DNA of 64,000 nt from Promethearchaeia archaeon. Its GTDB lineage: Archaea > Asgardarchaeota > Lokiarchaeia > Sigyniarchaeales > SOKP01. The notes beneath the pieces are model-generated. The model saw nothing but the letters and a program-made list of their open reading frames with translations, was not told the origin of the DNA and searched no databases. Where the stretch lies: assembly GCA_029856045.1 (NCBI GenBank), contig JAHQWG010000050.1, positions 1 to 64,000 on the forward strand. Direction: 5' to 3'. This document shows, in pieces, positions 41,117 to 51,258 of the stretch (positions are counted from its first letter, which is position 1; every line of letters begins with the position of its first letter). Position numbers and translations under genes: made by a program.

Positions 41117-42958
41117 TTAATTATTATTAGATAAAAAATCTTGGATTATAATGGCTAATTTTTCTCCCACAACTTCTGAGATATCTTCAAGTTTTGCTCT
41201 TTTTATTCCATCTACACTTCCAAAAGTTTCTAATAATTTTGTTCTTTTAGCAGGGCCAATTCCGGGAATATCATCTAAAATTGATCTTGAAACTCTTTTT
41301 TCTCTTAATTTTCTATGTAATTTTACTCCAAATCGGTGGGCTTCGTCTCTAACTCGTTGTAAAAGTTTGAGAGCCGCTGAATTATCTGACAATCTGATTG
41401 GTTCTTTTTTATTGGGGATATATATTTCTTCAAATTTTTTTGCTAATCCCAATATTGGAGTATTTCCTATTCCTAAATCATTTAAAACAGATAAAGTTGC
41501 ATTTAATTGACCTTTACCTCCATCTATTAGGATTAAATCGGGAAGTTCTAGATTTTTTTCAATTAAAGAGTTATAGCGACGATACACTACTTCTTTCATC
41601 ATGCCTACATCATCAGGTGTAGATTTAGACAATATTTTGTAATGTCGATACCATTTTTTATTGGGTTTTCCATCAAGAAAAGATACTAAGGATCCTGTTG
41701 GATCAGTACCTTGAATATTTGAAATATCAAATCCTTCAATAATATGAGGTATATTAGGGAGATTTAGGACTTCTTTCAGCTCATTAAGAGCTTGATTTAT
41801 TTGATTAGGGCTCTCCAATTCCAGTTCTTGTTTTATTTTTTCTTGCTCAACAATAACTTTTGCATTTTTATTAGCAATTTTTAAAAATCCTTCCTCGAAA
41901 TGATCACTAGGAGTTTTAACTATAATTTTTTTCTTTAATTTTTCACTTAATAGATCTTTTAATACTTTAACATCCTCGTGTATTTCACTTACAATTATTT
42001 CGTTGGGGACTTTTGTTGCTGGATGAAGATAATACTGTTTCATAAAGGCGGGTATAATTCCGTTCCTTTCAATAAGTTTACCTTTCAAATCGTATATAAA
42101 TGGAATTTTTCCCGATATCTTTCCTTCTCTTATTAATAAAATCAAAACAGCCGAATATTCTTCATCCTTATAATAACTAATAATATCTTGATTTTTTTTA
42201 TTTCCAGAAATTATTGTATGTTTAATCGTCACACGAGTTAAATCACCTAATCTATCACGCCATATTGCAGCAGATTCAAAATTTTGCTCTTCTACCGCTT
42301 TTTCCATTTTATTTTTAAGAATTTTTGTTAATTTATCGGTTTCTCCTTTAAGAAACAATTCTACTTGTTTTATGTTTTGTAAATAATCTTCAGGTGTAAT
42401 TTTACCAATACATGGACCGGGACATAATTTTATTTGATAATACATACAAGCCTTTTTTTGATTTTCCTTAACTTTTCTCTTACAAGTACAAAATGGGATT
42501 GTTTTACGTATAAATCTCAGAATACGTCTTAATTCTTTTTTATCTGTATATGGTCCGATAAACAGATTTTTTTGATTATATTTGTGTGGACCTCTGATAA
42601 CTCTAATTCTAGGATAATTTTCGGAATAGGTTATCATTAAAAAAGGATAAGTTGTATCATCACGAAATCTAACATTATATTTTGGAAGATGTTTCTTAAT
42701 TTGAATATTCTCTAAGATAAATGCTTCCTTTTCATTCTCAGTTATTATATAGTCAATATCCGTAATGTTGCTAACTAAATCTTTAATTTTTTCTCCAAAA
42801 TAGGGGTCTCTATAAGTTGATTTTTGAAAATATTGGGAGACTCTCTTATTTAAATCGATAGCTTTCCCTACATAGAGTATATTTCCATTTTTATCTTTAA
42901 ATAAATACACTCCTGGATTATGAGGAAGACTCTTTCTCTGAACTTCTAAATCTACCAT
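41117..42958 (-). CDS. uvrC: Excinuclease ABC subunit C
   Basis: GIY-YIG (PGVYLF..LYVGKA), UVR domain, IEGFDISNIQG, DGGKGQL, RDEAHRF, HhH IPGIGP. Confidence 0.96.
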   Translation of the reverse strand: MVDLEVQRKSLPHNPGVYLFKDKNGNILYVGKAIDLNKRVSQYFQKSTYRDPYFGEKIKDLVSNITDIDYIITENEKEAFILENIQIKKHLPKYNVRFRDDTTYPFLMITYSENYPRIRVIRGPHKYNQKNLFIGPYTDKKELRRILRFIRKTIPFCTCKRKVKENQKKACMYYQIKLCPGPCIGKITPEDYLQNIKQVELFLKGETDKLTKILKNKMEKAVEEQNFESAAIWRDRLGDLTRVTIKHTIISGNKKNQDIISYYKDEEYSAVLILLIREGKISGKIPFIYDLKGKLIERNGIIPAFMKQYYLHPATKVPNEIIVSEIHEDVKVLKDLLSEKLKKKIIVKTPSDHFEEGFLKIANKNAKVIVEQEKIKQELELESPNQINQALNELKEVLNLPNIPHIIEGFDISNIQGTDPTGSLVSFLDGKPNKKWYRHYKILSKSTPDDVGMMKEVVYRRYNSLIEKNLELPDLILIDGGKGQLNATLSVLNDLGIGNTPILGLAKKFEEIYIPNKKEPIRLSDNSAALKLLQRVRDEAHRFGVKLHRKLREKRVSRSILDDIPGIGPAKRTKLLETFGSVDGIKRAKLEDISEVVGEKLAIIIQDFLSNNN

Positions 42959-43126
42959 AAAGACTCAAGTGAATATAATTATACCTACTTTATTAATAAA
43001 GAGGGGTAAATATTTTTATTTACAATAAGAAAAGGATCTTTAATATTTATTATTGATAATACCAAAAATAATAGTAATAAAAAAAATTTAAAATAAAAAA
43101 AATCAAAATTTAGGAAGTGATTAAAG

Positions 43127-43663
43127 ATATTAGACGAATCAGAAGGATTTACCAATGAAGATATTATGGAAGTTCTTAAGGGACAACAAGAAGTAGGGAA
43201 TAAATATAAGACTCACTTCTTTGCTATGTTTTCCCAATTATTCTGCACTATTGCAGAGGAAATAATCAATCAATTTGGAGATAAAGGTAGAGATGCGATA
43301 GGAGAAGCGGTAAAAAAGTATGGAGAAGAAAGGGGTAGAAGAGTAGGAGAACTCGTTAAATCTGTGGGAAAAGAGAAGAATTTAAAAAACTTTTTCATTT
43401 ACAGTGATTTAGATATAAAAAACACGGCAAAATATAGACCAAAAATCATTGATGGAGATGTTATAATTGAACTTAGGGATTGTGTTTTTTGTAATGGTTG
43501 CAAGGATTGGGATAAATTGGAATATGGAAAAATTTATTGCGAATATATTGATAAATCTACTTTAAAAGGATATAATCCAAATCTTCGCATTGAAGTACCC
43601 GCTACTTTAACAAAGGGAGATAAAAAATGTATTCTAAGATATATTGTTAAAAAAAGTAGTTGA
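43127..43663 (+). CDS. L-2-amino-thiazoline-4-carboxylate hydrolase-like family protein
   Basis: AVKKYGEERGRR, C.F...K, G.IYCEYID, GYNP, TL.KGD..C; ATG 43166 with in-frame ATA 43127 after GGAAGTGA. Confidence 0.7.
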   Translation: MLDESEGFTNEDIMEVLKGQQEVGNKYKTHFFAMFSQLFCTIAEEIINQFGDKGRDAIGEAVKKYGEERGRRVGELVKSVGKEKNLKNFFIYSDLDIKNTAKYRPKIIDGDVIIELRDCVFCNGCKDWDKLEYGKIYCEYIDKSTLKGYNPNLRIEVPATLTKGDKKCILRYIVKKSS

Positions 43664-43703
43664 ATAATCTAATTTATGGGAAAAATTAAAGAGATGGTAT
43701 AAT

Positions 43704-45527
43704 ATGGGAGAAGTAGAAAAATTTTTTGATAGAATTATAAGCACGGATTTATTAATTGTTGGAAGCGAAGGTGCAGGAGGTCACGCAGCAATAGAAGCAC
43801 ATAGTCATGGAACTGATGTTCTAATAGTAACAAAGGGGAAAATTGGACAATGTGGGGCTTCTCAGATGGCGGGAGTAGATTTTAATGTAGATGGGAAAAC
43901 AGCTAAAATATTAGGTTTTGATGGCGATGATCGCGACAGTCCCGAGAGATTTTTTGAAGACCTTGTTAGAGAAGGATTATATCTAAATAATCAAAAAATG
44001 GTTGAAAAGTATGTTGAGTATGCTCCTAAAGCTATGAAGGATCTTATGGATTGGGGAATGCGTATCTACGGATATGACTCAGTCCACACGGAGGAAATGG
44101 CTCGTGGTATCACAAGTGCTGGTACTTTATGGGTCGCCGCTATCCGAAAAAAAGTGAAAGAATTAAAAATTCCAATGCTGGAAGATACAATGCTTATAGA
44201 CTTATTAGTAAGCGATGGGCGAATTGCTGGAGCAGTTGCCTTAAGCATTAAATCTGGAGAAACAGTCCTGATTAAGTGCAAGGCAATCATATTAGCTACC
44301 GGAGGGTGGCATAGAGCATATTCATTTAACACGGGCTCATATGATCTGTCAGGTGATGGTATAGGGGTGGCTTACCGAGCCGGAGTAGAATTAATTTCGA
44401 TGGAGATGGTACAATTCTGTCCTATAACAATGGTCTGGCCCCCGAAAGACCGAGGGAGTATAGCACTATATGTCCTTAGCTGTATTGACCCTTTTGATAA
44501 ATATATCCAACTTGTAAATAATAAGGGTGAAAGATTTATGGAAGAATATGATCCAATAAATTTGGAAAAAAGCACTAAAGAAATAGTATCAATTGCTTCG
44601 GAATTAGAGGTTGAAAATGGCCGTGGGGGGCCACATGGCGGTATCTTTCTTTCATTAAAACATTTACGGACAAAATTTATTGATGCAATTATTAGAATCG
44701 CCAATAACCGTATTAAAAATGAACTTAAAGATACACGCTATGAATTTATAACTCTCATACCAGAATTGTTAGAAAAATGTAAAACTGAAGATATAGAGGT
44801 GGGAAATGCTGCCCATTATATGGGTGGTGGAATCAAGGTCAATGAAAATACAGAAACAACTATCCCCGGATTATTTGCAGCAGGAGAATGCTCTGGCGGT
44901 CTGTGGGGGGCAGTAAGAGTTGCCTCTGCTTGTACTGAGGTTGGTGTTCAAGGAATAATTGCAGGTGGAGTTGCTCCAAAATACGTTAAAAAAGTAGAAC
45001 AAGCTGAGATAAATAAGAATCAAGTCAAAGAGATTTTGGATAGAATAAATAAACCATTGATGAGAGATGAGGGAATTACACCAAATGAACTTACTAAAAA
45101 AATACATGAAATTTCTGGGCAAAAAGTTGGTTTAATCAAGGAAGGAATCCTATTAAAAGAAGCGATTGGAGAACTGGAGAAAATAATAAATAATGATCTT
45201 GAGAATCTCTGCATTACTTCTACTAAAAGCAAAGAATTGAATGATGAGTGGATTAAGGCTATTGAGTTACGAAATATATTAACATGTTTATATTTATCAG
45301 CTAAATCTTCGCTAATTCGGGAGGAGAGTCGTGGTGAGTTTTATCGTAGAGATTATACAAATACTGATCACGACAATTGGCTCAAAACAATTGTTATGAA
45401 ACAAAAAAACGGTGAATTGGATATTAAATTTGAAAAACCTGTTGTAACAAAAATTTCTTTGCCAAAAGGAAAATTGACGTATCAAGAGGCTATAGGTGTG
45501 GCGACAGCCTCTTTAAAGAGAGAATAA
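43704..45527 (+). CDS. FAD-dependent oxidoreductase, SdhA/FrdA/NadB superfamily
   Basis: DLLIVGSEGAG, ILATGG, MEMVQF, HYMGGG, GLFAAGEC, REESRG. Confidence 0.88.
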   Translation: MGEVEKFFDRIISTDLLIVGSEGAGGHAAIEAHSHGTDVLIVTKGKIGQCGASQMAGVDFNVDGKTAKILGFDGDDRDSPERFFEDLVREGLYLNNQKMVEKYVEYAPKAMKDLMDWGMRIYGYDSVHTEEMARGITSAGTLWVAAIRKKVKELKIPMLEDTMLIDLLVSDGRIAGAVALSIKSGETVLIKCKAIILATGGWHRAYSFNTGSYDLSGDGIGVAYRAGVELISMEMVQFCPITMVWPPKDRGSIALYVLSCIDPFDKYIQLVNNKGERFMEEYDPINLEKSTKEIVSIASELEVENGRGGPHGGIFLSLKHLRTKFIDAIIRIANNRIKNELKDTRYEFITLIPELLEKCKTEDIEVGNAAHYMGGGIKVNENTETTIPGLFAAGECSGGLWGAVRVASACTEVGVQGIIAGGVAPKYVKKVEQAEINKNQVKEILDRINKPLMRDEGITPNELTKKIHEISGQKVGLIKEGILLKEAIGELEKIINNDLENLCITSTKSKELNDEWIKAIELRNILTCLYLSAKSSLIREESRGEFYRRDYTNTDHDNWLKTIVMKQKNGELDIKFEKPVVTKISLPKGKLTYQEAIGVATASLKRE

Positions 45528-45540
45528 ATGAGGGGATCAT

Positions 45541-45858
45541 ATGGAAGAGAAAAAAATAATAAAAGTAAAATGTTTTAGATTTGATCCACACAAGGATGAG
45601 AAGCCTTACTATGATACTTTTGAAGTCCCAATAAGTGGAAAAATGAGTGTTCAAGACTGTCTGGTTTATATAAGAGAGAATGAAGATCCAAGTTTAGCTT
45701 TTTTTATTAACTGTAGATTGGGGTTCTGCAAAAGATGTTTAATCCGTGTCAATGGGAAATCTTGTTTTAGTTGCTTAACAAATGTGGAAGAGGATATTAC
45801 AGTTGAGCCGCTTATTAAAGATAAGATAATAAGAGACCTATGGAGTAAAAATTCCTAA
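45541..45858 (+). CDS. Stand-alone 2Fe-2S ferredoxin domain (SdhB/FrdB N-terminal-like)
   Basis: FRFDP, CRLGFCKRC, NGK...SC, EPL. Confidence 0.85.
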   Translation: MEEKKIIKVKCFRFDPHKDEKPYYDTFEVPISGKMSVQDCLVYIRENEDPSLAFFINCRLGFCKRCLIRVNGKSCFSCLTNVEEDITVEPLIKDKIIRDLWSKNS

Positions 45859-45935
45859 ATTTACCCTTTTTTTTAACTTTTTAAATAAATTTAGTTAAAT
45901 AAAAAAATAAAAATTTAAATTAATTCATTAGAACT

Positions 45936-46628
45936 ATGAAGAATATAGGACTTATTGGAGGCATGAGTTGGGAATCTTCTCTTGAATATTATAGAATAAT
46001 TAACGAAATCGTAAAGCAAAAATTAGGAGGGTTTCATTCTGCCGAATGTATTATGTATTCAGTTGATTTCGATGAGATCGAAAAATTACAACACCAGGGA
46101 AAGTGGGAAGACCTTACAAAAATAATGATAGATTGCGCTCAAAGATTAGAAAAAGCAGGTGCAAATTTAGTTATTATTTGTACTAACACAATGCATAAGA
46201 TGGCTGAAGATGTCGAAAGTAATATTACTATTCCTTTATTACATATCGCTGACGCAACAGCTGAGAGAATCAAAGAAAAAGATTTTAAGAAGGTTGGACT
46301 TTTAGGAACCAAATTTACAATGAATGAAGATTTCTATAAGGGGAGGCTTATTGAAAAACATGGTATTGAAGTAATTATACCAAATTCTGAAGAGATGCAA
46401 ATTGTCCATGATATAATTTATAACGAACTATGTTTGGGAGAAATAAAAGAAACATCTAAAGAGCAATATAAGAAAATTATAAAAAATCTTGCTAAAAAAG
46501 GGGCGGAAGGAGTTATATTAGGTTGTACAGAGATTCCCTTACTAATTAAGCAAGAAGATGTTGAAGTTCCATTATTTGACACAACAAAAATTCATGCAGA
46601 ATTTGCGGTTGATTACGCAATTAAGTAA
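45936..46628 (+). CDS. Aspartate/glutamate racemase family protein
   Basis: IGLIGGMSWESS, CTNTMH, LGCTEI. Confidence 0.92.
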   Translation: MKNIGLIGGMSWESSLEYYRIINEIVKQKLGGFHSAECIMYSVDFDEIEKLQHQGKWEDLTKIMIDCAQRLEKAGANLVIICTNTMHKMAEDVESNITIPLLHIADATAERIKEKDFKKVGLLGTKFTMNEDFYKGRLIEKHGIEVIIPNSEEMQIVHDIIYNELCLGEIKETSKEQYKKIIKNLAKKGAEGVILGCTEIPLLIKQEDVEVPLFDTTKIHAEFAVDYAIK

Positions 46629-46812
46629 AATGATTTTTTTAAAATGTTTATTTCAAAATCAATGTTAAAAAATACAATCAAAAAATTATTGGGATATCTT
46701 TATCTCTTAAATAATTGTATTATTGCAAAATAAAAAAATCATTTTCTTTTGAAAGTGATCAAGAACAGCCGTTAGAAATTTTTTTTATTTAATTAATCGT
46801 AAGAAATTAAAG

Positions 46813-48249
46813 TTATGAAATAGTTGAGGTTTTTTGAACAATTTGAGTAATAAATTGAACAAGTTTTTTAGCTAGATCTTCAGATTTCGCCTCACTTATT
46901 ATTCTAATTACTGGTTCTGTATTTGATGGGTGTATTAAAACGAACCAATGGTCAGGATATAGTATTTTTATATCATGACCTATTTCAGAAAAAACTTTAC
47001 CTTGTGTTATTTTGTGATTTTTTAATTCGTGTTTTATTATTTCTAAATCTTTTCCATGAATGGATATATTCACACGTTTTGAATAAAACTTTGGTAACTT
47101 ACTAATTAAATCTGAAATTATTTCACCAGATTTTACCAAAATTTCGATAATCTTTGCCGTAGCAAAAATACCATCCCTGGCATTGTTAAATGATGGAAAC
47201 ATAACTCCCCCACAAGAGCCCTCCCCACCAAAAATAAAAGAGCCTTTACTAATATTCAATTCTGCTTTCTTCTCTTCTATTAAAAACATCTTCTCTGCGA
47301 GGTATCTTTCACCAATTGGAGTTCTTATTATTGAGCCATCATATTTTTTCACAATTGAATCAAACATTAAAGATGAAGCAACATTCGTGACAAATATTCC
47401 TTTTTTCTTTTCTTCTGATAACTCATTAAAAGTATGTTCAGTAATTAAGGCAAGACCTATATCTTCTTGATACCATTGACCATCATTTCCAACGAGACCT
47501 AATCGATCTGCATCGCAATCATATGCGAAACCAACATCGAACTGTCCCTTTCTTACAGTTTCTATTAAACTTTCAAGATTTGATTCAACTGGTTCTGGAT
47601 TTCGGGGAAAATCATTTCCTTCTAATAATTCATTATTAATTACTTTTACTTCACAACCAAGTGATTCCAGTATTTTGGGAACAATAACTTTTGCCGCGCC
47701 TGCTCCTGTATCAACTACTACTTTTAATTTATTTTTCTCTTTTATTGAATCTGATTTTAAATACTTGAGTAAATCCCTTAGATAATCGTTAATGGGATCA
47801 ATAACTTTTATTTGTGAAAGTGTATCCCAAGAGGCATATTTAATTTTATCAGAGTCAGATATTTCTGCAATTTCTTCTAACTCTGCTTTACTAAGAAAGG
47901 TTTCTTGGGATAAAAATTTTAAAGCATTCCATTCTGGAGGATTATGGCTTCCAGAAATAATAATGCCACCAGGTACTTTTAATTTATTTTTTGTATAAAT
48001 AATAACTGGAGCCGGACATATACCTAAATTAATTACCTTACACCCGACTGAAACCAGAGCTGAGATAACTGCAGATTCAAGCATCTCACCGGAAGTGCGA
48101 GTATCTCTTCCAATTATTACTTCATTCCCAAATTTATGAATCCACTGCCCAAAAGCAGAAACGATATTAATAACAGCTGGAACAGTTAATCCTTCTCCGA
48201 CTATTCCCCGGATACCACTGGGTGTGATTATTAAATTATCGTTCTTCAT
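46813..48249 (-). CDS. Phosphohexomutase (PMM/PGM/GlmM family)
   Basis: SGIRG, GRDTR, SGSHNP, DCDADR, GGEGS, SNTEP. Confidence 0.9.
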   Translation of the reverse strand: MKNDNLIITPSGIRGIVGEGLTVPAVINIVSAFGQWIHKFGNEVIIGRDTRTSGEMLESAVISALVSVGCKVINLGICPAPVIIYTKNKLKVPGGIIISGSHNPPEWNALKFLSQETFLSKAELEEIAEISDSDKIKYASWDTLSQIKVIDPINDYLRDLLKYLKSDSIKEKNKLKVVVDTGAGAAKVIVPKILESLGCEVKVINNELLEGNDFPRNPEPVESNLESLIETVRKGQFDVGFAYDCDADRLGLVGNDGQWYQEDIGLALITEHTFNELSEEKKKGIFVTNVASSLMFDSIVKKYDGSIIRTPIGERYLAEKMFLIEEKKAELNISKGSFIFGGEGSCGGVMFPSFNNARDGIFATAKIIEILVKSGEIISDLISKLPKFYSKRVNISIHGKDLEIIKHELKNHKITQGKVFSEIGHDIKILYPDHWFVLIHPSNTEPVIRIISEAKSEDLAKKLVQFITQIVQKTSTIS

Positions 48250-48296
48250 GGCAATATGAATTAAAAGATGAATGATAATATAACTTTTATTTAAAT

Positions 48297-49301
48297 TTAA
48301 GAAATAATTTTATGATTATCAGTCTTGTATTTAACTAAGGCCAAAGCCCCTCTTAAACCGACATCATCACCTAATTTTGTAAGCTTTATTTCTGGTGGAT
48401 TATTAATTGTAAAAATAATAGGATTTTCTTTAAATTGCTTTATTATTGGAGGAAGTATTTGCTCATGGTCTTTCATCATTGCACCACCCACATATATAGT
48501 CGAACAATCATAAAAATTATTAACTAAGCCAAAACCAACCTTCGCGTAGAAAACACAGTCATCTATAACTTTTTTTGAAAGCTTATCACCTTTCCGAGCT
48601 GCTTGAAATATTTCTTTAGCCGTAATTTTTGTAATATCATTATTTACTATTTCTAGTAGAATATCTATATTTAATTTCCCTTCACTTATCGCTTCTAAAG
48701 CTCGATTTCTAACCCCAGTTCCCGAACTAAACACTTCCCAACATCCATAGGCCCCACAATTACATTGAATTTTACTTCTTGGGGCAACCAATCCATGACC
48801 TACTTCAACCGCATTCCCTTCCTTTCCAAGTAGTAAATGTCCGTTGCAAATTACACCACCACCAATTCCAGTTGAGATTGTAATATAAACCAAATTATCT
48901 TTCTCATATTCTTCTGCTTCAAAATAATGAACACCCAAAACAGCGGCGTTGCAATCATTAATAAAATAAATAGGAATCCCTGGAAATTTTTTTTCAATTG
49001 GCTTTTTTAAAGGGATTATTTTAAATCCCAAATTAGCGTTATTAAATATCTCACCTTTCTTTAAATCTATGGGACCAGCAGAAGCCAGACCAATACCAAT
49101 TATATACTCTTTTTCAATATTATTCTCAATTAATAATTGATTCAGTATCTCACAGACCAAAGTACTAATTGAATATGGGCTTTCTTTTCCAGTTCTGGCA
49201 ATTTTATGCTTTATTTTTTCCTCCTTAAGATCATCTGCACAAATTCCAACCCTTATCCATGTGCCCCCAATATCAACTCCAACGATATATCTTTCTTCCA
49301 T
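48297..49301 (-). CDS. ROK-family sugar kinase (glucokinase-like)
   Basis: GVDIGGT, NDCNAA, STGIGGG, EVGH, CNCG..GCWE. Confidence 0.92.
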   Translation of the reverse strand: MEERYIVGVDIGGTWIRVGICADDLKEEKIKHKIARTGKESPYSISTLVCEILNQLLIENNIEKEYIIGIGLASAGPIDLKKGEIFNNANLGFKIIPLKKPIEKKFPGIPIYFINDCNAAVLGVHYFEAEEYEKDNLVYITISTGIGGGVICNGHLLLGKEGNAVEVGHGLVAPRSKIQCNCGAYGCWEVFSSGTGVRNRALEAISEGKLNIDILLEIVNNDITKITAKEIFQAARKGDKLSKKVIDDCVFYAKVGFGLVNNFYDCSTIYVGGAMMKDHEQILPPIIKQFKENPIIFTINNPPEIKLTKLGDDVGLRGALALVKYKTDNHKIIS

Positions 49302-49360
49302 AATCTTATGAGCTAAAGGTGTTAATTAAATAATAAAGTACATTTTTGTTTAAAAAATTT

Positions 49361-50242
49361 TTATTTGATAAATCCGCTCAATTTTAAACCTTTTATTAAC
49401 CATGAAATCATTAATTGCAATCCATGTATGTTCTCAATAGTAAATATTTTCGAATCTGGTATAAAAGTTTCCTGATATTTCGCTGTTACATATTCTGCCG
49501 ATGGATTTTCATTATACCATTTAATGAACGCATCCTTTGTTTTAAAATGAATTTCTTCCATATTGTTGAAAATTTTATCCAAATCTTCATCTGTCCATAC
49601 TCCAAAATGAGATAAAGAAATTGAATTTAAATTTTCTCTCATTTTTCTCAATTTTTCAATCGTTTTAATGAGTTCTACTTCATTGAAATCGGGCGGCATA
49701 AAATTTGGTATAATAGTGTCGTGATCCCATTTATGATGAATAGGTTCTCCTAGAAAAATATTTTTATTTTTCTTATCAAAAATAGCAATACAATCCAATG
49801 AATGTCCAAAAACATTTATAACTTCCAATTTTAAACCATTTAAATTAATTATTGCTCCTTCTTTTAATGGTATGACATTTTCTACTGGATTCACAGTCGC
49901 TTCATAGGGTTCATTCATCCTTTCTGGATTTTTCAAGTCTTCTATAGCGTTTTCTGAAGCTAAAACTTCAAAATCTCCCATTAATTTCTTTAACTTACCA
50001 ACACCTTGTACATGATCCCAATGAGAATGGGTTAAGAGCAATTTATGAATTGGGAATAATCCAAATTCTTTTAATTTTTTTACAATTTTTCTAGCTGCTA
50101 TTTCTGATGAAGTATCGATCATCATCCGCATTCCATTGTTCTCAATTACGTAGATAGCCATGACTCCAGTCATTCGAAATAACTGTCCATCTATAAGATA
50201 AGAATTTTCGTTAAATTTCCCTTCAGAATTTATAAAAACCAT
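49361..50242 (-). CDS. MBL-fold metallohydrolase
   Basis: THSHWDH, GHS, SHFG. Confidence 0.88.
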   Translation of the reverse strand: MVFINSEGKFNENSYLIDGQLFRMTGVMAIYVIENNGMRMMIDTSSEIAARKIVKKLKEFGLFPIHKLLLTHSHWDHVQGVGKLKKLMGDFEVLASENAIEDLKNPERMNEPYEATVNPVENVIPLKEGAIINLNGLKLEVINVFGHSLDCIAIFDKKNKNIFLGEPIHHKWDHDTIIPNFMPPDFNEVELIKTIEKLRKMRENLNSISLSHFGVWTDEDLDKIFNNMEEIHFKTKDAFIKWYNENPSAEYVTAKYQETFIPDSKIFTIENIHGLQLMISWLIKGLKLSGFIK

Positions 50243-50312
50243 ACTTAAATATGTATCAATATATTATATAATGTCTTCCTTGTTGGGAGAATAAATCTTA
50301 AAGTATTATAAT

Positions 50313-50921
50313 TTGCCTGTTATGATAGAATGGATAAATTTCATTTCATTGATTCTCAGCGCACTTTTTTTTTGCTATTTTTATACATTAAGCGTCCAAC
50401 CAATGAAAAGAAAGGAAAAAAGGGGTGAACAAGCGTGGAAGGATTGCAAGATTTTGCGATCTTTAGCAGGACTTTTTGAATTCATTACTATCGTTAATAT
50501 CTTGCTCTGGGTATGGTTTCCGATTCCTTCATTAAATTGGATAATACATCAAAATATTGGAGTGGGTATAGGTATATGCATTGCGATTGTTGTTCCTGGT
50601 TTTATAATTATTTTTAAAGGCATAAAAGATGCTGGTTTCGAGTCTTTACGTCCATTAGGAGAAACAGAAATGTTTGGGGGTATATATAATTATATCCGAC
50701 ATCCTCAAACACTCGGAGAATTCCCAATTTTCATTGCAATTGCCTTTGCCGTCAATTCATGGTTTCTCGTATTGTTGATGTCTGTATTAGTTGTAATATA
50801 TACTCCAATTATGATTCATTATGAAGAAAAAGATCTCATAAAACGTTTTGGAGATAAATATCGTGAATATCAACAACGGACAGGTGCTTTATTCCCAAAA
50901 TTTTGGCATAAATCTGAATAG
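50313..50921 (+). CDS. Isoprenylcysteine carboxylmethyltransferase/PEMT-family membrane protein
   Basis: GIY.YIRHPQ, EE..L..RFG..Y.EY...T. Confidence 0.85.
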   Translation: MPVMIEWINFISLILSALFFCYFYTLSVQPMKRKEKRGEQAWKDCKILRSLAGLFEFITIVNILLWVWFPIPSLNWIIHQNIGVGIGICIAIVVPGFIIIFKGIKDAGFESLRPLGETEMFGGIYNYIRHPQTLGEFPIFIAIAFAVNSWFLVLLMSVLVVIYTPIMIHYEEKDLIKRFGDKYREYQQRTGALFPKFWHKSE

Positions 50922-51057
50922 ATTTTGAGTATAATGACGATTTCTTTCAATCCTTATATAATGTAATGACAATAGTTACATCTAATAAAGTCAGATAGAA
51001 AAAACTATAAGAAAATGTAATATTTTAAAATATTTTTATAATTTATAATCAAGGATG

Positions 51058-51068
51058 TTATATTTAAA
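51058..51068 (+). promoter_or_regulatory. TATA box of the leader peptide/cysteine synthase transcript
   Basis: TTATATTTAAA about 20-30 nt upstream of ATG 51088, consistent with a leaderless mRNA. Confidence 0.5.
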
Positions 51069-51087
51069 CTCATATTTTAATAATTTA

Positions 51088-51156
51088 ATGAGATTTAGAC
51101 AACAGAATCAACCAAATTCTTATTTCTGTAACTGTTGTAGGGATTGTTGTTGCTAA
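51088..51156 (+). CDS. Cys-rich leader peptide MRFRQQNQPNSYFCNCCRDCCC (putative attenuator uORF)
   Basis: 6 Cys in the last 9 codons, about 100 nt upstream of cysteine synthase. Confidence 0.8.
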   Translation: MRFRQQNQPNSYFCNCCRDCCC

Positions 51157-51258
51157 AAACAACACCTCACATATTCTCATACATCCATCATACTCCTATA
51201 ATTATAACGGTATTATGGTGGCTAAATTTATTGATAATAAATCCTTGAGGTAAAAAAA

